From assembly GCA_016219925.1 (NCBI GenBank), contig JACRJU010000013.1:102566-166565 (forward strand): a stretch of 64,000 nucleotides of DNA, in the 5' to 3' direction. Positions 60,264 through 64,000 of the stretch are shown piece by piece (within the stretch, counting starts at the first letter, position 1; the number at the start of each line of letters is the position of its first letter). Source of the DNA: Candidatus Uhrbacteria bacterium. GTDB taxonomy: Bacteria > Patescibacteriota > Patescibacteriia > UBA9934 > GWF2-40-263. The position numbers were made by a program, and so were the translations under genes. Under the pieces are notes generated by a model. It was not told the DNA's origin. It worked only from the letters and a program-made list of their open reading frames with translations, and made no database searches.

Positions 60264-60933
60264 GTTCTTTTGTTGTTAATGGTCGCGTTGCACCCACCGG
60301 AAGATCACCGAGCAAAATGTTCATGACGCGAATACGTTTGAGTGAATTGACGTTGTAGCCGAGTTGTTCGCACATGCGACGGATTTGTCGATTTCGTCCT
60401 TCGGTCAAGACGATTTGAAAACGATTTAAAGCCATCCGTTTCGTCCGGGCTTTTTTGGTTCGTGATCCCAAGATCATCAGGCTGTCTTCCATTCGCTTTA
60501 AGGCTTCCGCGGTGATCTCCCGATCAACAACAACATCGTATTCTTTTTCGTGATCGCCACGCGGATGAGTGATCGCCTCTGATAGTTCTCCGTCGTTGGT
60601 CAGCAAAAGCAGGCCGCTTGAGGCCACATCAAGTCGGCCGATCGGGAATAGGCGATGTCGAAGATGCAAAAACGTGGCGACCGTATCGCGCCCATTGGGA
60701 TCAACAGAAGTCATAATGCCAACGGGTTTATGAAACGCCAGATATTGATGCGCCGGTCGCGTGCTTTGAACACGCTTGCCGTTTACGCGGATATCTTCTT
60801 CACCGGTTACCCCTAAACCCTTTTGCGCCACGACGCCGTTCACGAGAACTTTTCCGGCATCAATGAGAGCGTCCGCTGTTCGCCGTGAACAGATACCACG
60901 TTCTGCCAAGAATTTATTAATCCTCACGGGCAT
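60178..60933 (-). CDS. rRNA pseudouridine synthase (RsuA/RluB family) with N-terminal S4 domain
   Basis: S4 domain (RINKFLAERGICSRR), the catalytic GRLD motif (PIGRLDVASSGLLLLTNDG) and a K/R-rich C-tail. The 3' end overlaps the convergent methyltransferase gene by 86 nt. Confidence 0.8.
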   Translation of the reverse strand: MPVRINKFLAERGICSRRTADALIDAGKVLVNGVVAQKGLGVTGEEDIRVNGKRVQSTRPAHQYLAFHKPVGIMTSVDPNGRDTVATFLHLRHRLFPIGRLDVASSGLLLLTNDGELSEAITHPRGDHEKEYDVVVDREITAEALKRMEDSLMILGSRTKKARTKRMALNRFQIVLTEGRNRQIRRMCEQLGYNVNSLKRIRVMNILLGDLPVGATRPLTTKELTLLKEKLGTQTPDDTRSASRATDLKFR

Positions 60934-60938
60934 AGGCG

Positions 60939-61979
60939 CTATTTTTTTGTTGCGTAAAGCTGACCGCAGGCGGCGGCGATATCTTCTCCCATGGTTCGTC
61001 GTTTCGTCACGGTGAGACCATGCGTATCAAGATACGCGAAAAAGTCTTCAAGCCCTTTGGAAGTTGAGCATTGCAGTCCGCCGTCGGTAAAATTGTAAGG
61101 GATGAGGTTCACGCGGATATGGCCAATCTGACTCACAAAATCAACCAAGGCTTTGGCGTGTTGGAGGCTATCATTGACTCCGCGCAGCATCACATATTCA
61201 AAAGTGAGATGATGGCGGCGATTGCCGAATTTTTTCAAATAGCGCTTGGCCCAATCAGAAAGGGCTGGCAGAAAATCATCGTAGGAGGTTGGAACGATCC
61301 GTTTTCGTGTTTCAGGATCTGCGCTGTGAAGAGAAATCGCTAGGCGCACATGGGGCCAGTTTGGATCATTGAGTAATTTTTCCAGTCGCGGCAAGACCCC
61401 TACGGTCGAGACGGTGATACGCGTTTCTCCAATCGAGGTGTGCGTGATAATCGTTTGAATAGCGTCGCGCACGCAAGAATAATTTGCCATCGGTTCACCC
61501 ATGCCCATAAACACGATGTTGGAAATGCGGGTGGGGAGTTCGGGATGCTTTTTGAGAAATGCCATCCAAAAACGATATTGATCAATGATTTCATCAGAGG
61601 TCAGATTGCGTATGAGGCCCATTTTTCCCGTTGCGCAAAAAACACACCGCATGGCACATCCGACCTGGGAAGAAACACAAATCGTCCAGGCTCCGCGCGG
61701 ATTTTGCATCAGAACGGTTTCAATTTTGTTCCCATCCTCCACTTCCAACAAGGCTTTGAAGGTATCTTGTTTAGCGCTTTGTTGGACGATCGATTCGGTG
61801 ACGCACAGCCACGGAATCGTCGTTTGTATTTTTTCCCGCAAAATTTTTGGCAACACTGCAACATCGCTCCAACAAGAATACGCCGGGTCAAACAAAGCTG
61901 CGGTGAACTGTTTCCAGCGGTACGCAGGTTCATCCGGCGCCAGAGTGTCAAAACGTTCTTTTCGTGTTTGGATGGCCAT
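60939..61979 (-). CDS. rlmN: radical SAM 23S rRNA/tRNA (adenine-C2)-methyltransferase, RlmN/Cfr family
   Basis: CAMRCVFCATG radical-SAM cluster motif, MGMGEP, and the C-terminal catalytic Cys region. The ATG at 61979 is preferred over the GTG at 62066. Confidence 0.8.
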   Translation of the reverse strand: MAIQTRKERFDTLAPDEPAYRWKQFTAALFDPAYSCWSDVAVLPKILREKIQTTIPWLCVTESIVQQSAKQDTFKALLEVEDGNKIETVLMQNPRGAWTICVSSQVGCAMRCVFCATGKMGLIRNLTSDEIIDQYRFWMAFLKKHPELPTRISNIVFMGMGEPMANYSCVRDAIQTIITHTSIGETRITVSTVGVLPRLEKLLNDPNWPHVRLAISLHSADPETRKRIVPTSYDDFLPALSDWAKRYLKKFGNRRHHLTFEYVMLRGVNDSLQHAKALVDFVSQIGHIRVNLIPYNFTDGGLQCSTSKGLEDFFAYLDTHGLTVTKRRTMGEDIAAACGQLYATKK

Positions 61980-62042
61980 ATCAAGCGCACGGAGAATATC
62001 ACATTCAACGAAAATTGTCACCCGTGATAGGATAAGGTCGTT

Positions 62043-62501
62043 ATGTCTAAACACACGATGGAACACACCTTTACTATGATTGCCTCTGTCTATTTGGTTT
62101 TACAAAATGCGCGCGGGGAAGGGCTCTTGTTGAAACGGAAAAATACGGGATTCAAAGATGGAGAGTATGGGCTCCCCGCAGGACATGTGGATGGAGGAGA
62201 AACATTGAGCGAAGCGATGCGTCGCGAGGCGCGAGAGGAAATTGGGATTGAGATTGCCCCAAAGGATTTGACATTAGCTCATGTGATGCATCGAAATTGT
62301 GGCGATCATGAGCGGTTGGATTTTTTCTTTACGTGTCATCGGTATCGAGGAGAAGTGCGTAATTGTGAAGAAGGAAAGTGTGAAGAATTACGGTGGTGTT
62401 CCCTTGATGTCCTTCCTGAAAAGACGATCGACTATTACGTTCAAGCATTTTCCGCGATCAAGCACGGAGTGTTGTATGGCGAGTTTGGGTGGATTGATTG
62501 A
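62043..62501 (+). CDS. NUDIX hydrolase
   Basis: The Nudix box GLPAGHVDGGETLSEAMRREAREEIGI matches the GX5EX7REUXEEXGU signature. Confidence 0.75.
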   Translation: MSKHTMEHTFTMIASVYLVLQNARGEGLLLKRKNTGFKDGEYGLPAGHVDGGETLSEAMRREAREEIGIEIAPKDLTLAHVMHRNCGDHERLDFFFTCHRYRGEVRNCEEGKCEELRWCSLDVLPEKTIDYYVQAFSAIKHGVLYGEFGWID

Positions 62502-62526
62502 CACCGAGACGCGTGGCACGTATACT
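62498..62526 (+). promoter_or_regulatory. consensus sigma70 promoter TTGACA-17-TATACT for upp
   Basis: TTGACA 62498-62503, TATACT 62521-62526. SD GGAGG lies 5 nt before the ATG at 62560. Confidence 0.5.
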
Positions 62527-62559
62527 TTCGCCAGCCAACGGATGGCTCTGGAGGACTTC

Positions 62560-63219
62560 ATGTCCAACGTGACCGTGATCGATCATCCGCTCGCGCGCGC
62601 CGCTCTGACGGTATGCCGCGACGCCAACACCCCCAGCGGTGGACCATTCGCCCGCCAGATGGCGCGCGTCGGACGCGTCCTGGCCCCGTACGCTCTGGCT
62701 GGCATCGAGACCGACGCCAAGCGTGTCCAAACCCCGCTTGAGGTCGGCCACGATGGCGTGATCCAGCACGGCAAGGTCGCGCTGGTTCCCATCCTGCGGG
62801 CTGGCAAGGCGCTCGAACAACCGTTCGCCGACCTGCTCGAGCGATACTGCGTCTGGGACCTGGGTCTACGTCGCAACGAGCAGACGCTCAAGCCCGAGCA
62901 GTACCTCAACCGCATCCCCGAGCGTGTGCCCGCCGTTGTCCAGCACACGATCGTGCTGGAGATCATGCTCGCGACCGGCGGCTCGAGCGTCCACGCGGTG
63001 GACATTCTCAAGGAGCGCGGAGCGACGAAGATCACGTTCGTGTGCGTCGTTAGCGCGCCCGAAGGCATCCGCAAGCTGTCGGAAGCGCATCCGGATGTCG
63101 ACATCTTCACCGTCGCCGTTGACGAACGCCTCACCACCATGGAGGATGCGTTCCCTCCCGGCTACATCGTTCCGGGACTGGGCGATGCCGGCAGGCGCCT
63201 CAACGACTCGGCCGAGTGA
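62560..63219 (+). CDS. upp: uracil phosphoribosyltransferase
   Basis: VIDHPLARAALT N-terminus, ALVPILRAG, the PRPP-binding VLEIMLATGGS motif, and the C-terminal YIVPGLGDAG. About 65% GC. Confidence 0.85.
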   Translation: MSNVTVIDHPLARAALTVCRDANTPSGGPFARQMARVGRVLAPYALAGIETDAKRVQTPLEVGHDGVIQHGKVALVPILRAGKALEQPFADLLERYCVWDLGLRRNEQTLKPEQYLNRIPERVPAVVQHTIVLEIMLATGGSSVHAVDILKERGATKITFVCVVSAPEGIRKLSEAHPDVDIFTVAVDERLTTMEDAFPPGYIVPGLGDAGRRLNDSAE

Positions 63220-63242
63220 TCAACTCGTTCGGCCCCCTTCGA

Positions 63243-63268
63243 CCCCTCAACGTGAGGGATTTTTTGTT
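63243..63268 (+). terminator. terminator hairpin after upp, embedded in the 3' end of the convergent helicase gene
   Basis: ccctca-acg-tgaggg followed by ATTTTTTG. Confidence 0.4.
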
Positions 63269-64000
63269 GGCCGATGTCGGCTGTGGCCACTTTGGCCACT
63301 GCGTCCTTGGCGATGGAACGGCCGTCCGCCAGAGCGATAAGCCCGCGGGGGGCGTTCAGGAACAGAGGCGGGAGCTTCGACGAATCGTTCGAGCGTTTCA
63401 CCGGTGTGTGATTTTACCGAGAGCCGCATGTTGATAAGCCGTTCAATTTGTCTGATGTCGTTTTTTTGTTCTGGAACCGCAAAGGAAATCGCTTTCCCAG
63501 CGCGACCAGCTCGACCAGTGCGTCCAATGCGATGCACATAGTCTTCCGTGTGATCCGGCAGATCAAAGTTCAACACCAATTCGATCCCTGTCACATCAAT
63601 CCCGCGAGCGGCGATATCCGTTGCAACAAGCACGCGGTACGCGCCGGATTTGAATCCCTCAAGGGCCTGCTTTCGCTGGGCAAGCGATCGGTTGGAGTGC
63701 AGTTCAGCTGAAGTGTGTCCCATCTGGCGCACGGCGCGGGCGATTTTTTTTGCTCCATGCTTGGTGCGACTAAAAACCAAAATCGTTCCGCGATACTCGC
63801 CCAGCACTTTTTGCAATAGACTCAATTTATCCGCTTTGGACACGATAAAAACTTCTTGATCCACATGCTCGGCTGCGGTGCCAGATCGCGCGACCTCAAC
63901 ACGCAAAGGTTGTTTCATATATTTTCGCGCGATTTGGGCAATCTGTTCTGGCATGGTCGCGGAAAACAAAAGCGTCTGTCGTTCCGTTGGAACGCCAGTC
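63247..64000 (-). CDS. DEAD-box ATP-dependent RNA helicase, C-terminal part (N-terminus beyond the window end)
   Basis: LFSATMP (motif III), ARGID (motif V), HRIGRTGRAG (motif VI) and an R/G-rich C-terminal tail. The frame is open to position 64000. Confidence 0.8.
   Translation of the reverse strand, partial: TGVPTERQTLLFSATMPEQIAQIARKYMKQPLRVEVARSGTAAEHVDQEVFIVSKADKLSLLQKVLGEYRGTILVFSRTKHGAKKIARAVRQMGHTSAELHSNRSLAQRKQALEGFKSGAYRVLVATDIAARGIDVTGIELVLNFDLPDHTEDYVHRIGRTGRAGRAGKAISFAVPEQKNDIRQIERLINMRLSVKSHTGETLERFVEAPASVPERPPRAYRSGGRPFHRQGRSGQSGHSRHRPTKNPSR

Overview
The window is a 64 kb bacterial chromosomal segment with a backbone of about 50% GC. It carries mostly housekeeping genes. These include nrdJ (B12-dependent class II ribonucleotide reductase), dnaX, lepA, recJ, ligA, gatCA, lgt, dnaG-rpoD, an ECF sigma/anti-sigma pair, mutY-like, rlmN, upp and a DEAD-box helicase. 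There is also a type IV pilus cluster (pilM, a pilin, pilD), a VKOR/DsbA-like disulfide-bond pair, and a three-gene operon around a large VirB4/VirD4-superfamily ATPase. Three tRNAs are present: Gln-CTG, Ser-GGA and Asn-GTT. Many hypothetical membrane proteins and the general gene content are loosely reminiscent of small-genome Patescibacteria-like organisms; this is inference only. Several things are not explained by ordinary annotation. (1) A structured roughly 75-nt hairpin element occurs in three copies, two bracketing nrdJ and one after lgt. Its 36-nt core is conserved and its closing stems differ completely between copies. (2) The nrdJ promoter carries tandem NrdR-box-like palindromes followed by a roughly 355-nt structured leader. 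(3) A 247-bp element between pilM and the pilin gene is bounded by perfect 16-bp inverted repeats and contains three nested hairpins. One of its motifs recurs inside the recJ 3' end. (4) At least ten single-gene islands of about 60-67% GC interrupt the backbone: acs, an OPT transporter, a GT-A glycosyltransferase, a GGDEF protein, a secreted protein, a CDP-alcohol phosphatidyltransferase, a frameshifted PNP, csp, upp and small ORFs. Where checked, each island gene has a canonical TTGACA-17-TATACT-type promoter, a Shine-Dalgarno sequence and/or a terminator. Two islands flank tRNA-Ser and one abuts tRNA-Asn. (5) There is a tandem pair of paralogous small His-rich proteins of unknown family. All calls come from reading the sequence and the supplied ORF track; no database search was possible.
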